Of a stretch of 20,000 nucleotides of DNA, positions 18,488 to 20,000 are shown piece after piece; within the stretch, counting starts at the first letter, position 1; each line of letters begins with the position of its first letter. Source of the DNA: Trichomonas gallinae (lineage: Eukaryota); the NCBI GenBank assembly GCA_008369845.1, contig MRSU01001054.1, positions 44,775 through 64,774 on the forward strand, written 5' to 3'. Below the pieces are notes generated by a model that saw only the letters and a list, made by a program, of their open reading frames with translations, did no database searches and was not told the origin of the DNA. The position numbers and the translations under genes are program-made.

Positions 18488-19406
18488 TGTTACCTATAAA
18501 CCATACACAGGAAATCAAAAATATGTAAATAAGTATTCCACAGAAAACAAAAATTTCTTTGTTTATCTTGCTACATTCATAGATATTAGTCCTAATGGAG
18601 TAATTCGTATCAGAAATAGTCGCGAAAATTATGTTTTAATTTCTGAATCTTTCTTTTCTAATTCATACTCCACTCTTCCAGGTGGATCAATCGCTATAAT
18701 TGCCGGATCATGCATCCAATATCGCATCTGCAGCATAAATTCCACGCTTAGTTCATCTAACAAAGAAATTAGTGGATGTCACTCTTATGTTTCTGCATCA
18801 AATTCTAAATGTAAAAATTATATTATTGAAAGTTCTATTTCGAATAGCAAAGGGAATGCCGCTTGTGTTAACCTTCAATTCGGAAATCAGCTCATATATT
18901 CAACAAATATTTCTTATTCCGAATGTATTGCAGATGCTACTTACATTTTATCGAGCTCAACAACTCATAAAATCAATTTCACAACAATATTTAATAACAC
19001 AGTTGACAAACAATGTGTCATGTATCATGGGTACAATAATCAATCTGTATCATATTGCAATGTAATTAATAATATTCACAACAAATGCGATTACAATTAT
19101 GGAATTGTTGGCTATTTTGGTAATAATTTTCTTGAAATCAGTTTCTGTTCTTTCGCATCAAATTCTGGACCATCATATTTCTATAATTATAATGACTATT
19201 ATGGTAATTTCAGTGTTAAACAATGTTTTCTTGATAATTATAACCTTGTTGATACAATAACAACGGGATCTGTTTCACTCGCTACAATAAACCAACTCAG
19301 TATTGAAATACCGATATTTTCTTCACAATATTGTATGGTCAGTTTTTATAATATTGAGACAACAAAATACGTAAAAACATATGTAAACATTCCATACCAT
19401 AATTGA
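18453..19406 (+). CDS. Asn/Ser/Cys-rich beta-helix-like (Pmp-like) hypothetical protein, paralogue of 12775-13683
   Basis: 317 aa ORF with FSNSYS..PGGSIAI, CIQYRIC, HSYVS, ESSISN, NISYSEC, YCNVINN and CSFASN, colinear with the 12775-13683 translation. Confidence 0.72.
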   Translation: MKMFGKRFVGDNVTYKPYTGNQKYVNKYSTENKNFFVYLATFIDISPNGVIRIRNSRENYVLISESFFSNSYSTLPGGSIAIIAGSCIQYRICSINSTLSSSNKEISGCHSYVSASNSKCKNYIIESSISNSKGNAACVNLQFGNQLIYSTNISYSECIADATYILSSSTTHKINFTTIFNNTVDKQCVMYHGYNNQSVSYCNVINNIHNKCDYNYGIVGYFGNNFLEISFCSFASNSGPSYFYNYNDYYGNFSVKQCFLDNYNLVDTITTGSVSLATINQLSIEIPIFSSQYCMVSFYNIETTKYVKTYVNIPYHN

Positions 19407-19483
19407 AGAATGTTCAGAATGAAGCAAAGATAATTTTTTGATTAAATAACTGATTTCTTATTAGAAGTAACTGATTTTTCTAT

Positions 19484-19591
19484 ATAAACTGCGTTTCAAA
19501 AGTCAGGTTTAGCCAAAAATTTGATAACTCTCATAGAATAATTCAATAAGTGACCTTTCGTTTCAGACCTGACTTTTGAAAATCAGTTTAT
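19484..19591. repeat. 108 bp MITE-like element with 27 bp terminal inverted repeats
   Basis: The left arm ATAAACTGCGTTTCAAAAGTCAGGTTT (19484-19510) matches the reverse complement of 19565-19591 (ATAAACTGATTTTCAAAAGTCAGGTCT) at 24/27 positions, including a perfect 15 bp core. Confidence 0.8.
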
Positions 19592-19748
19592 GATTCATAA
19601 AAAAGGAAACGTACATCGGAAAAAATTGCCTTCATTTCAATTTGCATGATTATTCAAGCTTTTGCAAAAGTATTTTATTAACTATAACACAGAAATAGTT
19701 AACTATAAATACACTATTTAAATAATAAAACAAACAAAAAATAATAAG

Positions 19749-20000
19749 TTATGGTTCAACAAGATATGTAAACATCTTACCTCCTTTGACATCAATCTCA
19801 CCACGTTCTTTGATGTCGAATTGTTGACCGTAAATTAATTCGTAAACTGGTCTTGAGATGTGGACTTTCATCGCAACACCATGATGCTCCATTTCGTGTG
19901 CAATGTTGATTGCTGGGCCAAGGATTTCGAATGTTGGCTTCTCTGTTCCTATGACACCAGCGACAATTGGTCCACCTGTGTTGATACCGACTCTGATTCT
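19749..20000 (-). CDS. 3' end of a class III adenylate/guanylate cyclase (trichomonad transmembrane adenylyl cyclase type), partial
   Basis: The minus strand reads RIRVGINTGGPIVAGVIGTEKPTFEILGPAINIAHEMEHHGVAMKVHISRPVYELIYGQQFDIKERGEIDVKGGKMFTYLVEP*. It has the cyclase motifs RVGIxTG, VAGVIG, G..+N.A..ME, +HIS and RG.+.VKG...TY. It is absent from the ORF track because the start lies outside the window. Confidence 0.93.
   Translation of the reverse strand, partial: RIRVGINTGGPIVAGVIGTEKPTFEILGPAINIAHEMEHHGVAMKVHISRPVYELIYGQQFDIKERGEIDVKGGKMFTYLVEP

Overview
AT-rich, intron-free eukaryotic DNA. Gene families, short intergenic spacers and TCAYW initiator-like motifs point to a trichomonad, most likely Trichomonas vaginalis (inference). 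Genes: a single-pass surface protein; a two-B-box, coiled-coil, TLDc protein whose N-terminus looks like a degenerate PARP/ADP-ribosyltransferase domain; a bacterial-type low-specificity L-threonine aldolase; an ARM-like helical protein; a large protein with a degenerate C-terminal Rap-GAP domain; two Asn/Ser/Cys-rich beta-helix-like paralogues, both apparently disrupted; a coiled-coil protein; and the 3' end of a class III nucleotide cyclase that the ORF track misses. Intergenic DNA holds an ankyrin remnant, a possible GTPase remnant within a TGTAAA motif array, and several palindromic elements. The most notable is a ~260 bp GC-rich unit between A-tracts whose hairpins fold better on the minus strand. 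Best candidates for something undescribed: the pseudo-PARP/B-box/TLDc protein and this structured element. No multi-gene system is evident, and all domain calls are by eye.
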